From NCBI GenBank assembly GCA_002633005.1, contig NMRA01000034.1:77038-141037 (forward strand): 64,000 nucleotides of DNA, read 5' to 3'. Under the pieces are notes generated by a model. That model saw nothing but the letters and a program-made list of their open reading frames with translations, was not told the origin of the DNA and searched no databases. Source of the stretch: Phoronis australis. Taxonomy: Eukaryota; Animalia; Phoronida. The number at the start of each line of letters is the position of its first letter. The first letter of the stretch is position 1. Positions 1 through 27,200 of the stretch are shown one piece after another. The translations under genes and the position numbers were made by a program.

Positions 1-1001
1 TATTCCTTAACTTAAGACGGCAAATTCATCATAATGCATCATTGGGTTGTTGTTTTTTGCAATGTCAGGGATGCATTGTATTGGATTCAAGTCTGGAAGA
101 ACATAATATATCATTTTATTCACAACTCAGTCAATAGTTAAGGACCTTATCTAGAACTCTGTGTAATAGTTAAATATTTACAAAATTACAGAATTCAACT
201 CCCAATAAAAGTATCATGTTTTCTGAAAATAAAAAGCCTGTAAAATTTGCTTTCTGACTTTATACCACGCCCCAACTACTTGCAATGGGTAAAGTGATCA
301 CATGTTTAAGGAAAATCTGGTAATAAAAACAGGTACAATTTATAAAAAACATGAAAATAACACTGACCAAAAATAATTAAAATGTAATTTTCTAATTCAT
401 CATTTCACTTTCATTTTATGCAACTTTTTTTCCACGGTAATTATAAAAGTCCTACGTTTTGATAGCCCCTCGACATGCAAAAGTTACAGTTCCTAACAAT
501 ATTTTGGAGAACAGTACAAAGCACAGTATCTGAAAGTTTCGTATCAACCTAATCAGCCACTTCTATATATGACATTCCTGACCATTTTTCAGTGCAAAAC
601 AACCCATACCATTACTGAAAAGGTGTGAATTAATGAAATGGTAATGGAATTGCCATGCGGGAGTAACTACTTTCGATGTTGATACACCAAGACTCGTTTC
701 AATACGATTCTAATTCTCACTGTTAGGGGTCTTACAAAGTTTGTACGACATATTTGTATCTTTTGAAGAGTATTATTGAGATATTGACCAGACAAACAGC
801 TCACTCATTCACTGGTTGTAATCTTATCGTATTTAACAATTTTGTTGCTTAAATTGGTACGAGTGGTAAGTTAACTAATTATATTTGAGAAAAAAATTGA
901 TTTGACAACAATCGAATCAAAAATAAACAAATTTTCCCTAAAACAAATTGAATCGAATCAAACTCTAAAAATGCGTATCGTCCTACATCTGATAAACTGA
1001 C

Positions 1002-15298
<14,297 letters not shown>

Positions 15299-15426
15299 NC
15301 ACGTAGGGGGCTGCTCCTGCTCCCCTCAATTGGCAGGTTAAGGGCTACAATACTTCCCACTGCTTTCTGTACTAATTTCGTCTATTTTAAATGGGCGGTA
15401 GGCACAATTTGCTCACCGATTACGAG

Positions 15427-15781
15427 TTATTGATGCCATGACTTTCCGTGATGAATCGGCAATTGCTGTACATCCGTAACTCATCGGAAAATTCCATACC
15501 CTGCATGTGGGACCAAGGAGTTTCTCCGGACAAGCTTTTTGGGAAGATTTTTGTGCTTTGACCTGCGAATTTCTTGCGATCTTGGTGGAGCAGGACACCG
15601 TAAATGGTATTGGGGGAAAAGAACAATTCTTCATGGATTGTTGAACCTGTTTTGTGTAAATTTATTGAGTTTTATGTTTGCTATGGACGGCTGAAGTGAA
15701 GCACCCGTGGTCCGGAGTGCCATACCTTGTAGTATTATATGATAGTGTATTGGGGACAATCAGAAGTTGCGGACGCCTGTG
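15427..15781. mobile_element. Diverged single arm of the same P-like MITE family in DDX23 intron 1
   Basis: Collinear similarity to 56980-57325, e.g. shared TATGGACGGCTGAA, CCGGAGTG.CATACCTTGTA.TATTATATG, GGGGAC.ATCAGAAG, and the terminal CCTGTG. Confidence 0.8.
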
Positions 15782-15975
15782 CTCATAATGTCTTGCTTAA
15801 AAAATGCTGCAGCTAATAGTAATGGTCAGTTTGGTCTTGCCACAGGATTTTTTCCAGAGAAGCTGGTTTTGTAAGATGAACTGTGGCAGGTGAATGAATG
15901 GTTGATGTTCCTAATTTGCAACAGAAAGTACCGTAAGAATAATAACAGGAACAAAGGACATTTCCCGGTACTTAC

Positions 15976-16075
15976 TCAACTGGCCCCAAGCAAAACACTT
16001 ATTCAATGGAGGCCGCCATTTGTAAAACAGTGCTTCCGGTTCGTTCGTACTTTTCCGGTGATTTCCGGGAAGACA
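15976..16075 (-). promoter_or_regulatory. Probable DDX23 core promoter and non-coding first exon
   Basis: YY1-type AAATGGCGGC (16012-16021), ETS-type CCGGAA motifs (16033-16068) and a perfect GTAAGT donor at 15975-15970. Confidence 0.6.
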
Positions 16076-16115
16076 GCCGGTCAGTAGTAGCAAAGACGCT
16101 AACGGTCTCTGGTTT

Positions 16116-16971
16116 TGCCAGGTGGCGCAACGTACGACGAAAACGAAAGGATAGCGTCATTCCATCAATAGATGCTTATGTATACCAAATCTTATGAAAA
16201 TCTGTCAAGTATGAAGATACCGTGAGATCGAGGTAATAAAAAACTAAAATTGCCACTATATAGGGGCACAATGGTGGTCAGATCCGTACAAAAGTCTAAG
16301 TTGTCAGTTTTCAACTTCATATAAATGCACTTGCTAAATACAGTAAAGATCATGCATAGTGTTTAGGAAATACAGTCCACTATGGGTGCAAAAATCAAAC
16401 CTACCACTAGGAGGCGCCACAATGGTTGAGGCTGTCGGAAAATCAGCCGTCCTCTTCATAGCAAGAACATACCTGGCAATTTTTACAGTCAACCTCAAAG
16501 CACTATGAGTTTGGTTTTGGCGGACGTCAAAAACGGCGGAGACACGAAAACAGTAAAAATGGCCACTAGGTGGCGCAAAATACCTCGAATCCATCGGAAA
16601 ATGTGAGGGTAGCATCATCTCACTAATCATGTAGATGCCTATATACCAAATTTTATGAAAATCTGTTGAGGATCGATCTTTGAAGATACCCTAGAGGGGA
16701 ACGTAAAAAACTAAAATTACCACTAGGGGGCACACCGGTAGTCGGACCCGTCCGAAAGTCATACGGTACCATCCATGAAAGAAACACGTGCAAAATAAGT
16801 TCATGAACATACGTCAAAGGCAGTCACTCAAAGGCTTTTGGAGATCAGCGGACACCTGGCGGACGCCGGACGGACGGGGATGACCGTACGGCTTAATGCG
16901 TCCACATATAAACATGTGGGCGCATACTACGGCATAATGCGTCCACACATTAATATGTGGGCGCATAAAAA
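16116..16971 (+). mobile_element. Helentron/DINE-1-like (HINE) element, 5'-truncated, with ~155-bp subunit array
   Basis: Tandem ~155-bp subunits, GGAC-type microsatellite at 16860-16877, terminal stem-loop ATGCGTCCACA...TGTGGGCGCAT (duplicated) followed by an A-run. Confidence 0.7.
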
Positions 16972-18781
16972 TGTTTAGCCAAAATGCATCTAATTGTAGT
17001 CACTGGCAACTGAGTGGCCACTGAGTCACATATTCAGTGACGAGAGATCACTGAGCTGCACAGTAGGCGTGGGCGGCGCAGCACTAAAATAATTAAGTGG
17101 GGGGCTAATGCGTCCCGCTGCCCCTCGGGGCCAATTAAAACTCACTGGCCTTCCATCACAAAAAACAATTATTGATTCCGGCAAGACCATTGGTCCCAAT
17201 TAAGCTACTTATAGTCCGGCAAATTGGAGACCGGCGCTTTTCATTGCTTGAGAACGCCAAAACAAGTGCAAGGTTTTTACCATGCAGAAATTGGCAGTCT
17301 GAATGAGTCAGGAACATCAATGACATCAATTTTCAAGCTCGGGGAGACTACTGACATACCGTGGTCTAAATCCGCCTCTTCGGCGGAACGCGGGTGAATG
17401 AGTAAATCATAGGGCCTTGAACTTTGCAGTTACAGTCATAGTAAAAGTACAGATCGCTGGTATAAATGATTATCTTGGGGATGTATTAAAATGAGTGATT
17501 TCCTTGGCGTACGTGTGCTTACTCCAAAAAATTGAACAATATGTCACTTACGTAGACGGCCCGGCAATGGGCCCGCATCTTTGTATGGCATTCACCTAAT
17601 GTCCTTCTCTTTGTTAAAGACTTGCAGGTCATTCCCGTTTCAAAGGGACTTTGTGAATTAGCATGTAGAATCAAGATGCGCGAGCCGCTAATGCCATTTT
17701 CTGTTGTTTTAATACACAGTACATGTTCGCCAAGAAAGCAACAATTAACGAAACGTTATCTACAAGAGATAAGCAGGAATCTGCAAAGGTAACATAAAAA
17801 ACGGTTGCAGTCCCCTTTGAGCTCGTACCGGGAAATTCGTGAGTCTCGGCCTAGTAAAGCCAATCATTATCAAATAGGCAAGGCCTACCATGCACTGATT
17901 TATCATCACATGGACGGGCACAATGCCACAGGTTCCGATGAGTCGCTGCAGTCGTTTTAATTAGACGTAGTAATTAGCGGAATGGAAAGCGCTGTCACTT
18001 AAGTTATTGTTTCAGTGTTTTTTTATTATTATTTTTGCAAATTGGTTAGTCTGTCTAATTTATAAAAAACGATAAACCGCTTTATCCGCCATAAAAGCTA
18101 ACTTTTTAAAGACCACTTACCGATATGAAATTGCTCTCATAGTTCTTCCTTAGTCATCTTAAATGCGATTCCAGGGCTTACGAAGTGCATAACGCTATTT
18201 TGACTGTGAAGCGAACTTAGGGGTTTCAGAGAGTATACACTGGACACATGCTCTTATCATCTGAATAGGCCTTTCAAGGTGTGGGTCACAACACATGGCA
18301 ATTAGGTCTGACCAGTTAGTGGCAATAAAATGTTATGGTCGACAACTAGTTTTTCTGTATAAATTGGCTTGTCCCGGTGGGTCACTTAATACGCACGAGC
18401 ATGATCACCAGCTTTATTTGATATAAACAATGTTCCAGACGAGATCTCAAAAACGTCTTTTAATTTTACAAAACGTGATTTAGCTTTCCGTTTGCATTTT
18501 TTACGTAAATCATAAGCTGATAGCCCCTCGGCAAAAGTGGAACATTACCAAACAAGGCTTACAGCTTTAGAAGACCGGTGCGCGAAGCATTTAATTTGAA
18601 AGTTTCATATGAATCCGACCTGCCATTTCCGATATGTTTCGAAGTTGCCCGAATTTAGGTATTTTTCAAGGGACCTACACAAACATGAAACGCGTTCTAA
18701 AGGTGCTTAGTCACCATGTCTCGTACCAAAAGCTGACTAAAGAGAGCACCACGACCTAGTCGTGAGTGAGATTAGTGCAAA

Positions 18782-19102
18782 CAGGGGCGGATCCAGGAAT
18801 TCGAGTTGGGGGGGAGGGGGGGGGGCAGGGCACAGGAATAACCAGAATTTCGGCAGACGCGTGCGCCCAGCCTAAATTGTGGGGATGCAGGGTTCTCAAA
18901 TTTTGGGTTTGCGTACCCGTTGACGAATAAATAAAAAATAAACGGGGTTTGTTCAGGGCCTATGCATTGTTTATTCACCCCGGAGCCCCCTTGCTTGCGC
19001 GCAAGTGCTAGTCAGCAATTCGCATCTTAACTCCCAAATGGTATCTGGTAGAATTTTAGGGGGGGGGGCATGGCCACCTTAGCCCCCCTAAATCCGCCAC
19101 TG
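18782..19102. mobile_element. hAT-like MITE with G-run subtermini
   Basis: CAGGGGCGGATCCAGG ... CCTAAATCCGCCACTG inverted termini; TSD degenerate. Confidence 0.6.
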
Positions 19103-19184
19103 GTACACATGGAATATTTGTCCTATGCACCATCAAAAATATCGGAGATGAAAGTCTAGGCACAGCCCGAAACGAGTATATTGT

Positions 19185-19408
19185 GTAAAATAAGTGCAGG
19201 CGGTCTGGTACATGTTGTACTAGACGTGCGCAGGCTGCTCTGGTGGACCCAATACACCGATCACCTGGAATCATTATATATAAAACCGAGGTGAAGTGCT
19301 AGAGGCCTGACTCAAGGGTCTAGCAGTGTGCCTGAGTGGGTCTCGAACCCACGACCTTGAGTAAACGAAGCGGACACCCATCCCACTTGGCCACACTGCC
19401 TGCTCCCA
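19185..19408 (-). mobile_element. tRNA-derived SINE
   Basis: A box TGGCCAAGTGG and B box GGTTCGAGACC; body homologous to 52357-52572. Confidence 0.78.
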
Positions 19409-19536
19409 GAGGTTAGTAGGCAAAGTTTTCCACTTTTCATTGTGGAGTTTAACTCACAAATTTACTACAACTGAAAGAAAAATAAATCTTTGGTCAGATA
19501 TGAAAATCAAATAAATATTTCGAGAGCTACACATTA

Positions 19537-20022
19537 AACAAGAGCAACACGGAGCGTTGAAAAGCACCCACGAATGCACCGCAGTCTGCTTCTAGGGGCG
19601 TTTATTTGGAAAGTAAAAATGGCCATTAGACAGCGCAAAATACGTCGAATCCATCCGAAAACTGGTATGTGTGACCAAAGCTATTTACCAAATTTCATAA
19701 AAATCCGTCAAGGAACTTCTGAGAAACAGAGGAAAACGAAAAAATGAAATTGCCACAAAGAGGATATAGGCGCAAAAAACACAACTGCCAATAAGAGGCG
19801 CCACAATAGATAAAGTCGTCGGAAAATCATCGTCAGACGTCCTCTTCACATTAGGAAAATACATGCCAATTTCCACAACCATCCTTGGAATGGTTTGGCT
19901 GACAGAGCCGCAGACGCCAAATAACAAGACTGGAAAACAGTAAAAAAATGGTCACAAGGTGGCGCAAAATACAACGAATCAAACCGAAATCAGGAGAATA
20001 GCGTCAACTCACTAACAGATAC
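19537..20022 (+). mobile_element. Same HINE-like family, 3'-truncated
   Basis: Starts AACAAGAG; subunits match 16.1-16.9 kb (GCGCAAAATAC.TCGAATCCATC.GAAAA; GTCGGAAAATCA). Confidence 0.68.
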
Positions 20023-20095
20023 CAGTACCAGAGCTGTTGACATGACAGTTGAAAAACACATGAACAAGAAGTACAACATATCCAACAGTTGTTCC

Positions 20096-20101
20096 TTTAT
20101 T
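20096..20101 (-). terminator. Candidate polyadenylation signal AATAAA for TLK (3' UTR about 1.1 kb)
   Basis: AATAAA on the minus strand followed by GT/T-rich sequence; other AATAAA hexamers occur near 20595 and 21155. Confidence 0.4.
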
Positions 20102-20541
20102 TTCCTGCTTTTCAAGCAGACAATTCCAGCAAACAGTTATGTTGAGAAATCAACACAGAGGTGAGAGAAAGATAAAAGCATCTTTGCACACAATAGATCA
20201 GATGCAACAGGAGACAGGTAAATCAATGCTCTACTGAACACTTAATAAACGTTTTCAATTCTAGCATATTACAGAGCAAAATTAACCAGCTGCACTGTAT
20301 TAATACTGATTAATACACAAGGTTCCACGAAAGACAAAATTACATAACACTTCTTTGCTACCAATTGCAAAAATTACATGTTTCCTAGTTTTAGATGTCA
20401 ATGGCTACAATGACGCTTAGCCAATTAAATCTTGTTAGGATATCATTAGACACATCAGCACAGCTTTCCTTACACTCTTCCACAGTGCTGTGTAGAAGAG
20501 TAGCACTGCAGAATATAGACCATTGGCTTCCCATGAGTTAA

Positions 20542-20815
20542 AGCAACATTTCACCCTGTTAAGCTGGCTCAAAAACGAAAATCGAATTAGGGTTTTTATT
20601 CCCATAAAATATGTCTCATAATATTCTTTATAAGAGTTGAATGGGATTGGCCAACACTAAAATTACAGATTTGAAAACGGTGTATGTACGCATTGCCTAT
20701 GACTATAGTTGCTGGCTCATTTGACAACAATTCAAGATCAGAAGAGAGTGGTAATGTTTTTTAAACTCCAAACGCCAATTCAACATTGACAGCTAAACAA
20801 GAGTGAAATGCAACT
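20542..20815. mobile_element. Possible Kolobok-like MITE in the TLK 3' UTR
   Basis: TTAA|AGCAACATTTCACCCTGTT ... AACAAGAGTGAAATGCAACT|TCAA imperfect inverted termini. Confidence 0.45.
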
Positions 20816-21218
20816 TCAACAGAAGGAAGCAACACATGTATTTCCCGTTGCAGTAACTGTTCTATCATGACGACACTGAGTTCAGATACTGTGATGACTA
20901 AAGACAACAAAGTGTCATGAAAAACATGGCAGCACAAATCAGCGTTCTTTTCCTACTCATTTCCAACAAAACGATAAATAACTCTGTCAGTCGTGTACAT
21001 TGCCACTCTTCTCAGTAGCACTTTCCAGACTTCTTGCGTGAAGACACCTCCGCCCCTGTGTCAACACTCCACTTCGTCTTTTAAAAAGAGTTCACAGAAC
21101 TCTTTCAATGGCTCTAAGCAATCTTTTTTTTCTAGACCGGACTTTGTCACTATTTTATTACGTGTTACTTGAAAGAATTGGGTAGTTCTCTCACTTCGGT
21201 AACTCCAGACGTGCGTAG

Positions 21219-21255
21219 TTACAGATTTGAGTTTGACTTTTCTTCATAGCTCACC
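21219..21255 (-). CDS. TLK: TLK terminal coding exon ([12 protein letters not shown])
   Basis: TTTCAG acceptor, phase 2 compatible, TAA at 21221-21219; short and poorly conserved. Confidence 0.65.
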
Positions 21256-24200
21256 CTGAAATTAGCAAAATGACCCAAACATCATTCTTACACACAGTTT
21301 TGCTAAATCAAGTTTTCAAATCATATTAAAGCAATCAAGTTTTTCACGGTAGCACTATGTTCAGGGTAGAGCATACAAACGACATTTGAGTACCACTTGA
21401 TTAAATCCCATTTTGAAGTAGCAGATTTTTAGACGTCCAAAAGCACTCAATATTAGTGTCTTTAAAACAAACCCATGTCAAGTTGAAATGGGCCAGACAG
21501 GTTCAGAAAATTAGAGCACCACTACCAACACTGGTTAAAAGTAATTCAGTTATCGAATTACTCCGTTCACACTGATAGTTTGACAGTTATTAACTCAACT
21601 TTTTGGTTTTAGTTCTAAGTCATCAGTGCCACTGAATTTATTCCAAATGCACAATGAGATTTAACTTTTACCAAATGCGCTTAACACTCACACCACATTA
21701 TAACTTATCTTCAATTCTCACAAAAGCAGAACAGAAAATGCTAAAAATAACTTAAGAGTTTGATTTCGCGTAAAAAGATTGGACCCCAAAGACAGACCCT
21801 TTTTTCTGCTTTGCTCTACACTCACATCGAATTAGATTTTGACTTCTGAGTTGGTTTTAAATATTCTTCCTCCACAAGTTGAGCCACCTCAGGACGGAAC
21901 TCCTTTCTGTACTGAAGACAACGCCTGATGAAGTTCTGAAAGGGCACAGACACAGTCACACATTTTTCACAGAGGATTTCTTAAAAATTAACGTGTTCCA
22001 CTAAGTACTGACAGTTATATGGAAAAGCATACACGTGGGAACGTTCATATATTACGTCATCACTCAAGGGGGGAGGGGGTTAGGAAAAGACAACTGATGA
22101 CAGGAGGTGGGAACACATCGTTGGGAATCCGGTTCATCTAATTTCCGACTTTTTAGATAAACACAATACAATTGACTAAACCGTTAAAAGTACCTTTGCC
22201 TCATTGCTGACTAACGGTTTTGATGGGAACTGGACCTCCTTGGCCTTTAGGATTGTGTTTTCCTCTAGAATTGCTGCCTGTGACAAGTTGTGGCCAAATG
22301 GCTATAAAAAACAGCATAGAACATTATTACATGATCAGTGTGCTACTTCTGGCCTCTGATTGGCTGAAACGCAGTACGATTAACCACTGCCAGATGTCGC
22401 TATCTGTATTAGCAATATGGCCAACCAGACACTCTAGCGACTGAGAGCCCAGGCCATGAAGTGAGTAGGTGATGTCAGTACATCAAAGAAGGTATGAACA
22501 AGGTAATCTGATATGAGATGCAAAACCATCCTTTGGGCATGTCAGTTCATATGGAACTCGGGAGAGAAATGTTGCTGTCAGTCTCTGGCACCACAGTACA
22601 GCATTCAAAGCAGTTGTCAAGTATTTTGATTGTAGCTACAAATGATAAGCAGTTTAGACAGCATAATGGGAGTCCAGAAATTCGAAATTTCCAGCCATGC
22701 CAGATACCCAATTAATTTAAAACGGAGTCTGTAGACTTTTACATACAATTCCTTTCTTTTCCTGTGTCATGTACCCACCAAAGTAACAGTTATAAAAAGC
22801 CACCACATGACACCTCTTTACTTTTCTGATAGCATAAAACATCACCAGGTGGAGCTAACTCACCTTTCTGCCATAAAGCATTTGATAGAATATGACACCA
22901 ACGCTCCACACGTCCACCTTGGACGAGATTTTTGGAGGCTCTTTGCCAACTATGAAGCACTCCGGTGGCAAATACCTGAAAGCACACAACCACAAATTGA
23001 TACTTAAGACTGGCAACATATGGCTATCAAAGGAACAGCAAATATTGTTTGGCATGACTATGGTAGTTTTCAAAATAAACTAGATGGCAAAATTCAACAA
23101 ACTTTCGATGTATAAACCTCAGACTAAATATCCATTTTGCTTCTACTAGAACTGTTTCAATTCTGGCCAATCTCGACAGATGCTGCTGCACAAATTTTGT
23201 CAAAAATGCGATAAATCACTTTAAAAGTCCATTCACAAATAAACAATCAGCAAGTGGGCACAATGTCGCATAAAACTTTGCCATAAGATTGACAAAAATG
23301 ATAGCTTACTGTGACGAAGGTTCTACTGAATAATTCTGGCCAGAAGTCCATCTAACTTTGGCAGATCAGTTGAACTTCTTGAAAATTAACAGTAATTGCA
23401 GTTTGCTATGCCTCAACATTGCACAGCTGAATACCATTTTAAGGCGATCGATTCACTGTCAAGTTAAGGGGTTCCAACAACTATCAATTAGGCTAGCGGA
23501 CATTTCAAAGTCTGCAGTCTCTGAATGGTTCTCATAGTCCAGATCATGCAAAACAAGTATAGTACATACACATTGTACGTCCACTTTGCAAACTGCACAC
23601 CTATTGCCGACACATCATCAGAGCGTAGGAACAAAACCAAAGAAATATGGGTATTAAAGTGGCTGCCTTCTGTACAAGAACATTCAATTTTAGACACTTT
23701 TTGCAACTATAGCTTGAGATGAGGCTCGTCACATTGTCTCATTTGATGAACCGAGTACAGTCTTAAGGACTAACAAACCATCAATTCTACCACAGTCCAG
23801 AAATCATTCCTCATTTAGAAGCAATCCAAGAGCAATTTTAGAACATAAAATGATCGAAATCAAGTGTTAGTTTGACAGCCAAAGGTGGGTATGTAGCTGC
23901 CTGTAACACTAAGTACAGCAATGCTGCTTTAGGAACAAATCAAAACGTTCAACAGTATCTGTATAGTATTGAATAACACTGAACATAAATTAACACAAGA
24001 ACAGTCATTTCATGTACGGTCTGTTTATCAGCTGAACTCACCAGTAAGTGCCAGCACCTTGAGACGTCAGGTCTAGTCCCGACTCCTGACTATAGGTGTC
24101 ACCCTCCATCACCTTACTCAGACCAAAGTCAGTGATTTTTATTTCACCCGTGCTTGCTCCACTGCCCATTAATATATTACCTGTAATAACCGTTTTAAGC

Positions 24201-27200
24201 ACGTGAGAGATGTTGATTGCCCAACAACCGTGGACAAACCAAAGTGGCATATGCTAAAAATTAAGACACTGTTCGAAAGCCTGCAAATGTCAGGCTTGAC
24301 AAGACTTTCACATAACATGGCAGAGGACCTGAGAGTCTGAGATTATCGTACTGAAACTACTTCACTTTGCCACAAAACCCACCTTATACACCACAGATAT
24401 TTAAGTTGACAATTATGAATCAGTCCACGTTAACACCTTACAACACATGTTGAAATTCAGGCGACTGCCTTGACGTGTTTACTAACCAGGCTTCAAGTCG
24501 TAGTGTATCACAGGCGGCTTGATTTCGTTGAGATACTTGAGCGCATTGGCCACTTGAATGACGACGGAGCGCGCCTCCTTCTCCGGCATCAATTTGTTCT
24601 GCTTCAGATGGAAGTCAAGGTCATTGCCACTGCAGAAGTCCAGCACCGTACAAAAGCTGGAAAGGAACAGAAACATCCGTTAGCGCAGACATTACACCAT
24701 AACTCTAGCTTGGAATGAACTCCGCATAACCACAAAAATACAGACAATCCCTAAATACCTTTACAGGCCCAGTAACTGCCCTTTTATTCAATAAATTATC
24801 TAGTGCTGAGAATATGTATGTCTATTGTTGATTTGACCTCATATTTCCCTTATAATGTAATTAACCCCTTTCATTTAATCTTCATTAGTGCATTCATTTA
24901 TTCATTATTTATGAATATATTTATTAATTCTTTTATGTATATATTTATGTACTAATTAGTAACTGATTTACTTATTTATTGCTGATTGTCTTTCTTCTTT
25001 CACTGGTTTTCAATTTGTTTCTTATCTTTTTTTACGGACCATAATGGAAATAAGTCTTTGACGTTTGTATGTTATTTGTGTCTTGCACTTGTACTTTTAT
25101 TTTTTGTCTTGTGGTTTCTTATATTTTTCCTGTACTTGTGTGATTCTAATAAATTTATTATTATTATTATCATTACTGTTATTAGCAGCGAGTATGTGTA
25201 TTGGGCCAAGTCAGAGAGGAAGTGTAGATTCTGATGGCTAGCTGATCCGTTCCCATGGGCAAGAGTCCAAACTCATGACCAGAAGGAGGTCTGACAACGA
25301 ACAGACATAGGTGGTACTTTATACCCTTCTTCCTATTCCACCAATGACTAAGTGGCTGAATGGGTCTTGCTTGTCTGAATCCACCACCTAAATGATATTT
25401 TTTCACGCAAGTACGAGCCTCAAATCCAGAAAGCCGAGACAATTACAAATACATGCATTTCTATACTCAAACTCAACATCACAGCTAAATGCCTTAAAAA
25501 ACTGCAATAGGCCCATCCTCAACTGAACACTCCTCTTTTGCGGAGGTGATAAAATGCATGACACAACTGATTACTGACCTACTTTTCAAAATTTCAGACA
25601 CTCCTGAGATGGTTATCAAGGGAAGCATACTACATTTAACATCCAGCACTATCATTTGCCCCTTTTGCCAATTGCTCAGTGCCAGTATTGCAACTTGAAA
25701 TGCAATGATACAAACTGTGACTGCACTTCAATAATGAATTACATTATATTTACCACACGAGGCAGTGACAAGCACATTTGCAAGTGAAAAAACAGAGCAA
25801 ATCATGACACTGCATTGAATTGTGGGAAAATCTCTCAGCCTGACAGTGTTGCAGCATTATTTCAAGACACTGATAAGAGATTGAAACACTTTTAGTCCTT
25901 GAGCTACTCCTATTCTTATCAAAGTGTGCAACTTACTCCAACTCCACAGCTGGCAACACTGATGACTGGATGCAAATGTCAAATTCAACTACATTGACCT
26001 GTTTCATGAAAAGTGACGAAAGACAGAAAATTTGACTTCCAGTCCGCTCTCACTTCACAATTATTGAATGTTCTGCCATGTGAATGTTAGCACAGTACAG
26101 ATTACAACTAATGTACACAAGTAAGTAACTAGCAATTATTAGCAAATTTCCAGAGACATTGCAATTCTGCTGAGGTGAGATAAAATTACGTTTCCAAAAC
26201 AACTGTAATGAGTGTGAGACCAAATTTTCTGACTCAAGAATTAAACCACTTTTCATTTGGCAGGCCTGTAGACAGATACTCACGAGTTGTTGTCTATTTC
26301 GAACACATCAAACAACTTGACAATCCTGGGATGTTCTAGATTTTGGTGTATCCTACACTCCCTCAAGGCGTGTCTGAAAGTAACCATGCCAATTAGTCAC
26401 GATGCTAAAACTGGTCACTGATTATAAATACCAGGGCATAGGACGCTGCAATGCAAATCTAGTATTAACAGCCCTCTGTGCAATCCAGATCAAAATACTT
26501 TTAGTTAATGAGAAGAACAATAACTGAGTGATGAACAACTACCGTGAAGATGCAAAATGCCAGTTGAAGTCAAATTTAAAGTTTAGGAAGCTATCTTTTA
26601 AATTACATTCCTTACTATTGTAAAATTAACATGAACCTGGTCCTAACTGAGACTTAGAAAGATGTTCAGACTTTAGAAGAGCAACAAATTAAGTTGTTAT
26701 TAGGAATAAACTCAACAAATTGGTTAGGGGCAGGGTGGGTGGCAACATTCATGTGTTGAAGGCAATATGGCTGCCAGCCTAAAGCGCAGTAGAACACCAG
26801 ATGGCATAACTGCTATATAATAACTGCTCGCTGGTTCCCTGCATGCCGCTAGGTGGCCGGTAGCCAGCACGCAGGTATCACTTAATTTTCCTCGGGAAAT
26901 TTTTTTACACCGGCGTTTCTGATTGGCTAGTCGAATTCTCAATTACAGGCAGGGCTTTACACAAACAAACTGGCATGATTGATGGACTGAAATGTAAATG
27001 TGGTCTGTTGTACAGACAACTCGATGCTTAAAATTTATGTTCAGGAAATGTGAATCCTAGAAATTGTGAATCCTAGAAATTGTGGTTGCACGTTTTCGGA
27101 GTGCATCTTTCTACTGTTGATGACTTTTGTCCTGTATTCATACAGTATCAATAACACACCGGTTAAATCGGCCAGTTAATGATGTGCTTATTGTATATGT

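Noticed and set aside
15330-15350. U12-type branch site CCTTAAC on the minus strand
   Set aside because: No matching RTATCCTT U12 donor upstream; region is next to an N gap.
19325-19408. tRNA gene
   Set aside because: A and B boxes are present but there is no proper cloverleaf, and it continues into a body shared with 52357-52572, so it is a SINE head.
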